A DNA stretch of 32,000 nt from assembly GCA_964636095.1 (NCBI GenBank), contig CAZWRF010000002.1:1-32000 (forward strand), given 5' to 3'. A model generated the notes under the pieces. The model was not told the origin of the DNA. It made no database searches and saw nothing but the letters and a program-made list of their open reading frames with translations. Made by a program: the position numbers and the translations under genes. Numbering within the stretch: position 1 is the first letter of the stretch; every line of letters begins with the position of its first letter. Shown here piece after piece: positions 1-8,121 of this stretch. This DNA comes from an uncultured Candidatus Saccharibacteria bacterium (lineage in GTDB: Bacteria; Patescibacteriota; Minisyncoccia; JAHISW01; Tagabacteraceae).

Positions 1-4
1 CTTG

Positions 5-78
5 TACCCCCAGCAGGACTCGAACCTACAGCCTGCTCCTTAGAAGGGAGCTGCTCTATCCAGTTGAGCTATGGGGGC
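5..78 (-). tRNA. tRNA-Arg (anticodon UCU)
   Basis: The reverse complement folds as a 74-nt cloverleaf. Acceptor GCCCCCA/TGGGGGT, D arm GCTC-AACTGGATA-GAGC, anticodon arm GCTCC-CTTCTAA-GGAGC (TCT), T arm GTAGG-TTCGAGT-CCTGC. No encoded CCA. Confidence 0.9.
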
Positions 79-82
79 GTAG

Positions 83-385
83 TTAAAAGGCGTTTTGGAC
101 TTTTTCAATGGCGTTGCCGGGTATATCTTTTATGGCTTTGGTCCTTTCGCTTATTGTCGCAGCATCGTCTTTTATCTTGTTTATGGAATCTGAAAACGAA
201 TTCACAACAGGCTGCACATAATAATAAGCGCCCAAGACCGCCAGCACAATGACAGCCCAATACAGTATTTTAAAGGTCAGGGCCCATTTTTTTGCCCTGT
301 AAAGTCTTTTTAGAATTCTATTCGATTCCCTGGAAATTTCAAGGTTTTGCTTCAAAAGTTTTTTTAATTCTTCACTGTCTTCCAT
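83..385 (-). CDS. Hypothetical small membrane protein (100 aa), one TM helix flanked by charged helical segments
   Basis: The ATG directly abuts the hsp20 stop (385/386), suggesting translational coupling. Hydrophobic helix WALTFKILYWAVIVLAVLGAYYYV. No family recognised. Confidence 0.55.
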   Translation of the reverse strand: MEDSEELKKLLKQNLEISRESNRILKRLYRAKKWALTFKILYWAVIVLAVLGAYYYVQPVVNSFSDSINKIKDDAATISERTKAIKDIPGNAIEKVQNAF

Positions 386-901
386 TTAGTCTGTTTTTAT
401 TTCCAGTTTTTGCGATTTACTTTTGTTCTTTTTGGGAAGTTTTATCCTGAGAAGTCCGTTTTTGAGGGAAGCTTCCGCTTTGTCGGTGTCCACCTCCTGC
501 GGTAAAAGGATTGACCTTGAAAAACTTCCCCAATAAAGCTCGCTGTAGTAATAGTTGTCTTCTTCCACTTCCTTTGATTTTTTACGGCTTCCTTTTATGG
601 TAACCATGTCTTGCGCCAAAGAAATATCCAAATTTTCCGACTTCACTCCCGCCAGCATGGCCTCAATAAATATTTCCGAAGAAGTTTGAAACATGTCCAC
701 GGTAAGTTGTCCGCCCTCATCGTCTTCAAGCCAGCTCGATTCGTTTTCTACCGGGGTCTCTTTTTCTTCCGGCTTTTTTTTCTCTTCTTCAATTTTTATG
801 GATTTTTCTTCAAGATTGTTCTCTTCGTCGTAGTCTGCGCTATCGTGCAGAGCAGAGCTGCCTGTTAATCTTTCAAAAAATGATTGTGAATTTTTTGGCA
901 T
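386..901 (-). CDS. Hsp20/alpha-crystallin family small heat-shock protein
   Basis: Alpha-crystallin domain pattern: GQLTVDMFQT...FIEAMLAGVK..NLDISL..DMVTIKG...E..Y.GSFSRSILLPQEVD..KAEASLKNGLLRIKLPK. Confidence 0.85.
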   Translation of the reverse strand: MPKNSQSFFERLTGSSALHDSADYDEENNLEEKSIKIEEEKKKPEEKETPVENESSWLEDDEGGQLTVDMFQTSSEIFIEAMLAGVKSENLDISLAQDMVTIKGSRKKSKEVEEDNYYYSELYWGSFSRSILLPQEVDTDKAEASLKNGLLRIKLPKKNKSKSQKLEIKTD

Positions 902-929
902 GGTGTGTTTTATTATTTTTTATAATTTT

Positions 930-1673
930 TTATTGATTTTTCTCTTGTATTTTTTCTCTTCGTACTGCGCCCATTTTCTTAACTCTGTCAAAAACTACAA
1001 GGAGGGCTATTACCAAAACCCAGAAAGGCAGAAACACCCGGAAGATATCATCCCCTCCTCCTTTAATTATAAAATAATTAAAAATCGCATGCAATAAGGT
1101 GGCGAAAAACAGTCCAAAAATAACGTTTCTGTGGTATTTTTCCTTATGAAAAAAGCAGAAAGCGATAGAGCTCCCCACCGTCGCCGAGCTTAAAATATGT
1201 ATGAGGGTGGCTCCCACAAACCGCAAGTTGCTTGTAACAAAGCCTGCCATAAAACCGTAGTTCCCTACTATCTCTACAAGAAAAATAACATTTTCCATGG
1301 CGGCGAAGCCCAATGCCGCGGTAATAAGATAAATGATTGCGTCTACCGGCTCATCAAACGCTTTTTTGTTTAAAGCTATTTTTTTGGCGGCAATATATTT
1401 TGAAAATTCTTCGGCCAGGGCCCACACGAAAAGTATTAAAAATCCTCCCCACGTGGCGGCCAGTCCGGCCTTGTCTAAAATAAAATAAGACGCCTGCTCA
1501 AGAGGAAGCGCCAAAGCCACAATAGCCATGCCTCCAAGAAATGTAAGCACAAGGAGTCTCCGGGGCTCGGGGTGGAGCCTGTCTTCTTTCAGCCAAAACC
1601 AAAGCCACAAAAGTGGCGGAAGTATGCCACCCGCCAGGGCGAATGCTATAGATGTCCAGGTCATCGGGGCCAT
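930..1673 (-). CDS. PrsW-family intramembrane metalloprotease-like protein
   Basis: Polytopic membrane protein with PrsW-type motifs EEFSKY (EExxK), AAMEN and HAIFN (HxxxN). Overlaps the valS 3' end by 13 nt. Confidence 0.7.
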   Translation of the reverse strand: MAPMTWTSIAFALAGGILPPLLWLWFWLKEDRLHPEPRRLLVLTFLGGMAIVALALPLEQASYFILDKAGLAATWGGFLILFVWALAEEFSKYIAAKKIALNKKAFDEPVDAIIYLITAALGFAAMENVIFLVEIVGNYGFMAGFVTSNLRFVGATLIHILSSATVGSSIAFCFFHKEKYHRNVIFGLFFATLLHAIFNYFIIKGGGDDIFRVFLPFWVLVIALLVVFDRVKKMGAVRREKIQEKNQ

Positions 1674-3736
1674 GTTTCAACAATAAGAAGTTTTTTATCT
1701 TTCAGTTCGTCCTCGGTTTTGCCGAAGGAGATTTTTGACCAAATTTCTTCGGTAACAAACGGCATAAAAGGGTGAAGGAGTTTTAGTGTGTCTGCAAGAA
1801 CATAGGCGAGAACTTTTTTTGCCTCGTCATCATCTCTTGTTTTTGCGTGCTCAATGTATTTGTCCGCAAATTCGTGCCAGGTAAAATCGTAAATGTCGTG
1901 AAGGGCCTGCCCCAACCTGTATTTTTCGATGTTTTTGTCGGTTTCTTTCATAAGTTTTTCCAGCTTCTTCAAAATATTCTTGTCCTCTTTTTGTAATTTT
2001 GAATTTGTCCCGATTTTGCTTTGCAAAATCGAGGATCCTCGATTTCCCTCGGAAATCGGGAGAAATTGATTGTTTCCGTTTTGTTGTAAAACAAAACGAG
2101 CAATGTTCCAAAGCTTGTTGCAGAATTTTTTACCCGCCAAAACATGTTCTTCGGCCCAGTGAATATCTTGGGCGCCCATCATCTGCCAAATAAGGCCAAA
2201 GCGCGTGGCATCCGCGCCGTATTTTTCCACGTAGTTCATGGGGTCTACTCCGGTGCCCAAAGACTTGGACATGCGCTTCCCCTCTCTGTTCAAAATCGTG
2301 GGGTGTATTACCACGTCTTTGAAAGGCTCCTCGTCCATAAATTCAATTCCTGAAAAAACCATTCTTGCCACCCAAAGATTTATTATGTCGCGGGCGGTTG
2401 AAAGCATGTTTGTGGGATAAAATTCTTTTCTGTCCTTGTCGTTCATGGTGGCAAAAGGCCACAGTGCCGAAGAAAACCAGGTGTCCAGTACATCTTCTGA
2501 ATCATCGGCCGGAATTTTGTGCCCCCACCATATTTGGCGCGATATACACCAGTCTTTTATGTTTGAAAGCCAATCAAGATATATCTTTTCCCACTTTTTG
2601 GGATGAAATTTTACTTTGCCCGACTTTACAGCTTTTACCGCCATTTCGGCCAACTCGTCCATTTTAAGAAACCACTGCATGCTGGGGATGTTTTCTATTG
2701 TGTTTCCACAACGGTAGCAGGTGGCAAGGTTGTGAGTGTAGTCCTCTATTTTTTCTATCAGCCCCATTTTTTGCATGTCTTCAACGATTTTTTCCCGAGC
2801 TTCTTTTGTTTTCATGCCGGCGTATTTACCGCAGTTTTCCATCATTCTTCCATATTCGTCGATTATTTTTTTGGAAGGAAGGCCGTGCCTTTCTGCAATT
2901 TCCGAGTCGATGATGCTGTGGGCCGGTGTTACTTTTACCGCTCCCGAACCAAATTCCGGGTCCACCGCTCTGTCGGCAACGACTTTTATCTTGAATTTGC
3001 CCAAAACTCCCGGAATCTCGTACTCCTTGCCTATCATGTCCTTGTATCTTTTGTCTTTCGGGTTTACCGCTACGGCCGTGTCTCCAAGTTTTGTTTCGGG
3101 GCGGGTGGTGGCTAAAGTAAACGGACCGTATTTGAGCCAATAGAGCTTTCCTTTTTCTTCTTTGTATTCAAGCTCCAGATCGGAAAGGCTTGTTTGGCAC
3201 CGGGTGCACCAGTTTATTACTCTTTCCGCCCGGTATATCCATCCTTTTTTCTGGTAGTGAAGAAAAACTTTCTTTACCCATTCCCGATAATCTTTGTCCA
3301 TGGTGAAGGCGGTTCTTGACCAGTCGCAGGAAGCTCCAATTTTTCTAAGCTGGTCCAAAATTTTGTTTCCGTATTCTTCTTTCCATTCCCACACTCTTTC
3401 AATAAATTTTTCCCTACCCAAATCGTGCCGACTTTTTCCTTCTTTTTTGAGCTGTTTTTCAACTACATTTTGGGTGGCAATGCCGGCATGGTCGGTGCCC
3501 GGAAGCCACAATGTTTTCCGCCCCTCCATTCTTTTTTTGCGTATCAAAATATCTTGGATAGTGGCATTTAGGGCGTGGCCCATGTGAAGGGAGCCGGTAA
3601 TATTTGGCGGAGGAATAACTATTGTATATGGCTTGCCTTTTCCTTGCGGCTTGAAATAGTCTCCTTTTTCCCAGGTTTCGTATATTTTTTCTTCAACTTT
3701 TTTCGGGTCGTAAGGACCTTCTATCTTTGCCGTCAT
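1661..3736 (-). CDS. valS: Valine--tRNA ligase (compact, 691 aa)
   Basis: Class I motifs PPPNITGSLHMGHAL (HIGH) and KRMSKSLG (KMSKS). CP1 editing-domain signatures TTRPETKLGDTAVAVNP and GSGAVKVTPAHS. DWCISRQIWWGHKIP motif. Confidence 0.9.
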   Translation of the reverse strand: MTAKIEGPYDPKKVEEKIYETWEKGDYFKPQGKGKPYTIVIPPPNITGSLHMGHALNATIQDILIRKKRMEGRKTLWLPGTDHAGIATQNVVEKQLKKEGKSRHDLGREKFIERVWEWKEEYGNKILDQLRKIGASCDWSRTAFTMDKDYREWVKKVFLHYQKKGWIYRAERVINWCTRCQTSLSDLELEYKEEKGKLYWLKYGPFTLATTRPETKLGDTAVAVNPKDKRYKDMIGKEYEIPGVLGKFKIKVVADRAVDPEFGSGAVKVTPAHSIIDSEIAERHGLPSKKIIDEYGRMMENCGKYAGMKTKEAREKIVEDMQKMGLIEKIEDYTHNLATCYRCGNTIENIPSMQWFLKMDELAEMAVKAVKSGKVKFHPKKWEKIYLDWLSNIKDWCISRQIWWGHKIPADDSEDVLDTWFSSALWPFATMNDKDRKEFYPTNMLSTARDIINLWVARMVFSGIEFMDEEPFKDVVIHPTILNREGKRMSKSLGTGVDPMNYVEKYGADATRFGLIWQMMGAQDIHWAEEHVLAGKKFCNKLWNIARFVLQQNGNNQFLPISEGNRGSSILQSKIGTNSKLQKEDKNILKKLEKLMKETDKNIEKYRLGQALHDIYDFTWHEFADKYIEHAKTRDDDEAKKVLAYVLADTLKLLHPFMPFVTEEIWSKISFGKTEDELKDKKLLIVETWPR

Positions 3737-3755
3737 AGATTAATTTTACTATATT

Positions 3756-4913
3756 TTAAGCCAATTTTAAATTACCGTCGGCCTTCAGGTCTTTTGCCGG
3801 CTTTTTTTCTTTGCTCCACCTAAAATATGCGGCCAGAGCCATCATGGCGGCGTTGTCGCCGGTAAAACTTGAATATGGAACGAGGAATGTTGAATGTGGA
3901 ATATTTTTTTTGACCTCTTTCTCTATTTGACGGCGGAGTTCTTTGTTTGCTGATACTCCGCCGGCCAAAATAACCGTTTTGGCCTTGTATTCTTTTGCCG
4001 CGCGGATAGTTTTTGATATTAGTACGTCAATTACCGCCTGCTGAAACTCATAGCAAATTTCTTCTTTTATTTTTGGGGTTAGTTTTTTGAGTTCTTTTGT
4101 TTTGTAGAGCACGGCGGTCTTTAGTCCGGAAAAAGAAAAATCATAATCTTTTGAATTTATCATCGGACGGGGAAATTGGAAGTTTTGAGCTTCGGAAACA
4201 AAATTTTGAAAACCGCTTATCCCTTTTTTCTTGCTTCGCTCGAAAAGCGCGCCCACACCTATGGTTTTCAAAATTTGTTTCCTGCGCTTTTCTGCGAGTC
4301 GTGAAATTTCGGGACCGCCGGGATATCCGAGCCCCAGCATTTTTGCCACCTTATCAAACGCTTCTCCGGCCGCGTCGTCTCTTGTTTCTCCCAAAATTTT
4401 ATATTTAAGAAAACCTTTCACCAATACAATCTGTGTATGCCCCCCGCTTACCAGAAGAGCAATAATTGGAAATTGAAAATTGGAAATTGAAAATTCTCCG
4501 TTTTTTTGCAAAAAAACGGAGTAGAGATGTCCCTCCAGGTGATTGATCGGTATCAGCGGCTTGTTCCATTTCGCTGCCAGCTCTCCGGCAAAGTTTATCC
4601 CTGTCCAAAGTGCCGGCTCCAGTCCCGGCCCGTTCACCACGGCGATCAGGTCTATTTTTGGAATTTGTTTGGAATTTGTGTTTTGTAATTTGTAATTTCC
4701 CAATTTGGCCTGCTTCAGAGCCCTGTTTAGTACTAGCGGTAGGTTTTTAATGTGTTCGCGCTTTGCCAGCATGGGCACTACCCCGCCCCACTTGGCGTGT
4801 ATTTTTACCTGAGAAGAAACCACGCTGGATAAAATGCGGAAACTGTTTTTCTTGCGCTCTAATATGGCAATGGCCGTCTCGTCGCAAGATGTCTCAATTG
4901 CTAAAATTCGCAT
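3756..4913 (-). CDS. tsaD: tRNA N6-adenosine threonylcarbamoyltransferase TsaD (Kae1/Gcp family), with low-complexity insertions
   Basis: ILAIETSCDETA N-terminus, metal-binding HLEGHL, LLVSGGHTQI, FSFSGLKTA, GGVSAN and GDNAAMMA motifs. Confidence 0.9.
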   Translation of the reverse strand: MRILAIETSCDETAIAILERKKNSFRILSSVVSSQVKIHAKWGGVVPMLAKREHIKNLPLVLNRALKQAKLGNYKLQNTNSKQIPKIDLIAVVNGPGLEPALWTGINFAGELAAKWNKPLIPINHLEGHLYSVFLQKNGEFSISNFQFPIIALLVSGGHTQIVLVKGFLKYKILGETRDDAAGEAFDKVAKMLGLGYPGGPEISRLAEKRRKQILKTIGVGALFERSKKKGISGFQNFVSEAQNFQFPRPMINSKDYDFSFSGLKTAVLYKTKELKKLTPKIKEEICYEFQQAVIDVLISKTIRAAKEYKAKTVILAGGVSANKELRRQIEKEVKKNIPHSTFLVPYSSFTGDNAAMMALAAYFRWSKEKKPAKDLKADGNLKLA

Positions 4914-4984
4914 AATTTTAATTTTACTCTTTTATAGTTATAATAGTATACAGAATCGTTTGATTTTTAACAGGAGGAAGAAAA

Positions 4985-5458
4985 GTGACGAAGGAAGAGT
5001 TTGTTTTGCTAGCCTTGAAATATTTGGATTATCCAAGCGTAAAATATACAAAGCCCGAAGAAGGGTGCGGTCCGTGCTATTTTGACTGCTCCGGTTTTGC
5101 AAATTTTTTGTTTAAGAAAATAAACTATCTTGGTCATATTCCCCGCCACTGCAATGAATTTTTTGATTCGTTTGGTATATTTGTGCACAATCGCCGGCCC
5201 GGAGATCTTGTTTTTTTCAGCAAAACAAGCAAAGGGGAAAAACCCGACCACATGGGCATTATGATATCGAGCACCCACTACATACACGCGCCCGGAAAGT
5301 ACGACACGGTTGTCGGCATAAAGAGAGCGGCAAGGACAAAGATAGAGCCTATAAATACAGGATACGAAAACCAGCTTTATTTTGTAAATCCCATAGGTTT
5401 TAAGAGGCCGATGTTAAAAAAAGGAAGATACCACAGAGAATTTTTTGAAGAAAAATAA
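4985..5458 (+). CDS. NlpC/P60 (C40) family cysteine peptidase/amidase-like protein, no signal peptide
   Basis: Catalytic-type context DCSGFANFLF (Cys), GDLVFF, DHMGIM (His) and YIHAP. GTG start preceded by AGGAGG (4972-4977) at 7 nt. Confidence 0.8.
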   Translation: MTKEEFVLLALKYLDYPSVKYTKPEEGCGPCYFDCSGFANFLFKKINYLGHIPRHCNEFFDSFGIFVHNRRPGDLVFFSKTSKGEKPDHMGIMISSTHYIHAPGKYDTVVGIKRAARTKIEPINTGYENQLYFVNPIGFKRPMLKKGRYHREFFEEK

Positions 5459-5464
5459 TTCAAG

Positions 5465-5494
5465 CCCCGTTTTTGTCAACGGGGATTTTTGTTT
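5465..5494 (+). terminator. Intrinsic terminator after the NlpC/P60 gene
   Basis: Hairpin CCCCG-TTTTTGTCAA-CGGGG followed by ATTTTTGTTT. Confidence 0.7.
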
Positions 5495-5521
5495 GAAATT
5501 TTGCCGGAAATAAAATATAAA
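5493..5521 (+). promoter_or_regulatory. Candidate sigma70-type promoter of the activase/hydrogenase operon
   Basis: TTGAAA (5493-5498), 17-nt spacer, TATAAA (5516-5521). Only 11 nt separate it from the ATG at 5533, and there is no SD. Confidence 0.45.
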
Positions 5522-5532
5522 GATAATACAAC

Positions 5533-6486
5533 ATGAAAAAAGCAACATTCCCGAGAATGGGAAAATACACAGAGGCGCTGGAGTTTTTTGCGTCAGAACT
5601 GGGGTTTGAACCAATAGTACCGCCCAAAACAACCCAGGAAACAATAAAACTTGGCGTAAGGCATAGTTCGGACATGGTTTGCTTCCCTTTCAAATCTACC
5701 CTGGGAAATTTGATACAAGGGCTTGAACGAGGAGCAGAGGTTATTATAGCCACGGGCGTAAATCCGTCCGACAAGCTTAGGGAAACTTGTCGGTTTGCCT
5801 TTTATTACCATATTCAAGAACAAATACTGAGGCGAATGGGGTATGATTTTGAAATGGCCTATATGAATGTGTATCTGAACGGAGGAGGACGGAAGATTTT
5901 GAATATTTTAAAAAAGACAAATCCCAAGCTTACATATTTTGATATAGCAAAAGCGGTAAAGAGATCTTTTGACAAGGTAAAGGAAATAGAAGAGCGTGAA
6001 TACAAATTTGAGAAGAAGGAAATAAATGTGGGGTTGGTGGGAGAAGTTTATACTCTTTGGGAAGAAGCCATCAACTACAATATTATAGACAAGCTTAGAA
6101 AGATGGGCGTTGGCGTTCATCTCTCGGTGAAGCTTTCCTGGTTTCTTAAAGAACAAATAGGCCGGGCCGATAAAAAAAAGGAGCTCCACGAAGAAGTGAA
6201 AAAATATTTTCCCAAAAAAACGGGAGGCCACGGCTTTGAAACTCTGTGCAACAGTATTTGGTACGCGAAAAACAACTTTGACGGCATCATTCATCTTCTT
6301 CCGTTATCGTGCATGCCGGAAACCTTGGTGGAAATGCCCCTAAACTTTATTTCCGAGGACTACAAAATACCCGTTTACAGATTTTCCATAGACGAAAACA
6401 GGTTTGAGGCGGGGTTTGATACCCGTCTGGAAACATTTATAAAGCTGTTAAAAAGAAATAAAAATGGATTATTGGCTGGGAATTGA
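5533..6486 (+). CDS. Acyl-CoA dehydratase activase-related protein (DUF2229-like)
   Basis: The N-terminal pattern FPRMGKYTEALEFFASELGFEPIVPP...DMVCFPFKSTLGNL resembles the CoA-enzyme-activase-associated DUF2229 domain (recognised from memory). Overlaps the downstream activase gene by 23 nt. Confidence 0.65.
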   Translation: MKKATFPRMGKYTEALEFFASELGFEPIVPPKTTQETIKLGVRHSSDMVCFPFKSTLGNLIQGLERGAEVIIATGVNPSDKLRETCRFAFYYHIQEQILRRMGYDFEMAYMNVYLNGGGRKILNILKKTNPKLTYFDIAKAVKRSFDKVKEIEEREYKFEKKEINVGLVGEVYTLWEEAINYNIIDKLRKMGVGVHLSVKLSWFLKEQIGRADKKKELHEEVKKYFPKKTGGHGFETLCNSIWYAKNNFDGIIHLLPLSCMPETLVEMPLNFISEDYKIPVYRFSIDENRFEAGFDTRLETFIKLLKRNKNGLLAGN

Positions 6487-7393
6487 TTGCGGAAGCGTAA
6501 GCGTAAAAGGAGTTGTTGTTGACGAGTATAACAATATTGTAAATTCGTATTACACGAGAAATTTTGGACTTGTGGATACCATAAAAGAGGTTATGGGAGG
6601 CCTCTCTTCGGAAAGGAAAATAAAAGGAGTAGGCATAACGGGAAGCGGAAGAAGATTTATTTCACTGCTTGTCGGAGGCGATATCGTGGAAAGCGAAATA
6701 ATAGCCCACTATGTCGCCGCAACGAATTTTTATCCCGAAGTTTCCACCATATTTGATATAGGCGGTGAAGACTGCAAACTGATGATGGTAAACGGCGGCA
6801 ACCTTGTCTCTTTTCAGATGAACCGCGATTGTGGAGGAGGTACGGGAGCTATGATAGAATCCATTGCCAAGCGAATGAACGTATCTTTGGATCAAATAGG
6901 CCCCACGGCCCTGAAAAGCAAAACAAAGGTTGTTGTTCCGAGCAAATGCGGTATTTTTGCCCAGTCGGCGGTTGTAAGCAAGCTGAACAAAGGGGTGCCC
7001 AAAGAGGATATACTTATGGGCGTTTGCAAGGGGCTTGTGGGAAATTATTTTGCCATGCTGGCCAAAGGACAGAGGTTGAAGGGTCCATATGTATTTCAGG
7101 GCGCTACGGCCAAAAACGAAGCATTGGTAAAATGCTTTGAAGAAGAAACGGGTGAAAAAATAATAGTGCCGGAGCACCCCGACCTTATGGGTGCCATAGG
7201 CATAGCCATGCTTGCGAGAGAAGATTTCAAAGGTGAAACCCGGTTCAAGGGCTTTGACAACGTGAACAACGATTTTACAACAGAAACTTACTATGGCACC
7301 GGTTGTTCTAATGAATGTGAGATAACGAAAATATTTAAAAATGGAAAGCTTGTAGGATATGTAGGCAACAGATGCGCGAATTGTCTGAAATAA
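6464..7393 (+). CDS. BadF/BadG/BcrA/BcrD-type ATPase (HgdC-like 2-hydroxyacyl-CoA dehydratase activase family) with a Cys-rich C-terminal extension
   Basis: ASKHA-fold motifs GIDCGSVSVKGVV, GITGSGR and DIGGEDCKLM. Candidate cluster cysteines lie in NRDCGGGTGAMIE and PSKCGIFAQS. C-terminal tail is GTGCSNECEITKIFKNGKLVGYVGNRCANC (CX3C...CX2C). Confidence 0.85.
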   Translation: MDYWLGIDCGSVSVKGVVVDEYNNIVNSYYTRNFGLVDTIKEVMGGLSSERKIKGVGITGSGRRFISLLVGGDIVESEIIAHYVAATNFYPEVSTIFDIGGEDCKLMMVNGGNLVSFQMNRDCGGGTGAMIESIAKRMNVSLDQIGPTALKSKTKVVVPSKCGIFAQSAVVSKLNKGVPKEDILMGVCKGLVGNYFAMLAKGQRLKGPYVFQGATAKNEALVKCFEEETGEKIIVPEHPDLMGAIGIAMLAREDFKGETRFKGFDNVNNDFTTETYYGTGCSNECEITKIFKNGKLVGYVGNRCANCLK

Positions 7394-7405
7394 TATCTGA
7401 TAATG

Positions 7406-7414
7406 TGGTACAAT
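7406..7414 (+). promoter_or_regulatory. Candidate internal extended -10 promoter (TGGTACAAT) 7 nt upstream of the DUF192 ATG
   Basis: TGGTACAAT at 7406-7414, ATG at 7422, no SD in between. Confidence 0.35.
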
Positions 7415-7421
7415 ATGGATA

Positions 7422-7892
7422 ATGAAAAGATTATTTTTAAGTTCGGCTGTTTTTTCGGTGATTCTTTTGGTTTTTTTGGCTATGTGGTTTTTATTGCGGA
7501 AAAACCAGCCGGAAAATCCGCTCTTGCCTCAGGTTTGCTTCAATACACGCTGTTTTTCCGTAGAGATTGCCTCTACTTCATTTGAACGCGAATTAGGCCT
7601 AATGTTCAGAAACGAACTGCCCATTGACAGAGGCATGCTTTTTACCTTCAAGGGCGAAGGCATTCATTCTTTCTGGATGAAAAATACCTATATTTCTCTT
7701 GATATGATATGGCTAAATAAAGACAAGGAGGTTGTTTATATTGAAAAAAACGCTCTCCCTTGCGAGGATGAATGCTCCGACATTATTCCGGACAAAGCCG
7801 CCCTTTATGTATTGGAGATAAACGGGGGAATGGCCGACCAAATAGGCCTTAAAGTGGGCGACAAAATGGATTTTTACGTAAATCAGGACTAG
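7422..7892 (+). CDS. DUF192 family protein with N-terminal signal/anchor helix
   Basis: N-terminal hydrophobic segment LFLSSAVFSVILLVFLAMWFLL. DUF192-like core ELGLMFR...DRGMLFTF......FWMKNTYISLDMIW. Confidence 0.75.
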   Translation: MKRLFLSSAVFSVILLVFLAMWFLLRKNQPENPLLPQVCFNTRCFSVEIASTSFERELGLMFRNELPIDRGMLFTFKGEGIHSFWMKNTYISLDMIWLNKDKEVVYIEKNALPCEDECSDIIPDKAALYVLEINGGMADQIGLKVGDKMDFYVNQD

Positions 7893-7895
7893 GGT

Positions 7896-8114
7896 ATGAA
7901 GTTTTTCGTGCGGGTAAAGGCCGGAGCAAAATCGGAAAAAATAGAGCAAATAGACGAATACCATTTTTTAATTTGGACAAAAGAGCCGGCTAAAGAGGAC
8001 AAGGCCAACAAAAGCGCGGCAAAAATGTTAGCCGATTTTCTGGGTATTCCTCCGTCTTCTCTTGCCTTGAGGCAGGGCCGGCATTTCCAAGAAAAAGTTT
8101 TTGAGTTAAAATAA
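7896..8114 (+). CDS. DUF167 (YggU/UPF0235) family protein
   Basis: VRVKAGAKSEKI ... EPAKEDKANKSAAKMLADFLGIP...L.L.QG....K pattern. 3-nt gap from the upstream gene. Confidence 0.65.
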   Translation: MKFFVRVKAGAKSEKIEQIDEYHFLIWTKEPAKEDKANKSAAKMLADFLGIPPSSLALRQGRHFQEKVFELK

Positions 8115-8121
8115 AAATATT

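Noticed and set aside
902-960. Heat-shock operator (CIRCE/HAIR/CtsR box) upstream of hsp20.
   Set aside because: No inverted repeat or GGTCAAA-type direct repeat is present. The region is plain A/T-rich sequence within the prsW 3' end.
1851-3587. Numerous 60-170-aa ORFs on both strands inside valS (for example 2603-3115 +, 2775-3143 +, 2826-3140 -).
   Set aside because: These are shadow ORFs within a well-supported long gene. Their translations are low-complexity (F/L/S/R-rich), carry no motifs and have no start signals.
4464-4495. Short tandem repeats (here and at 27558-27589 and 14346-14365) as possible CRISPR or minisatellite arrays.
   Set aside because: The units are 7-14 nt with no spacers and at most 4.5 copies, so they are not CRISPR-like. 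They are reported only as simple tandem repeats.
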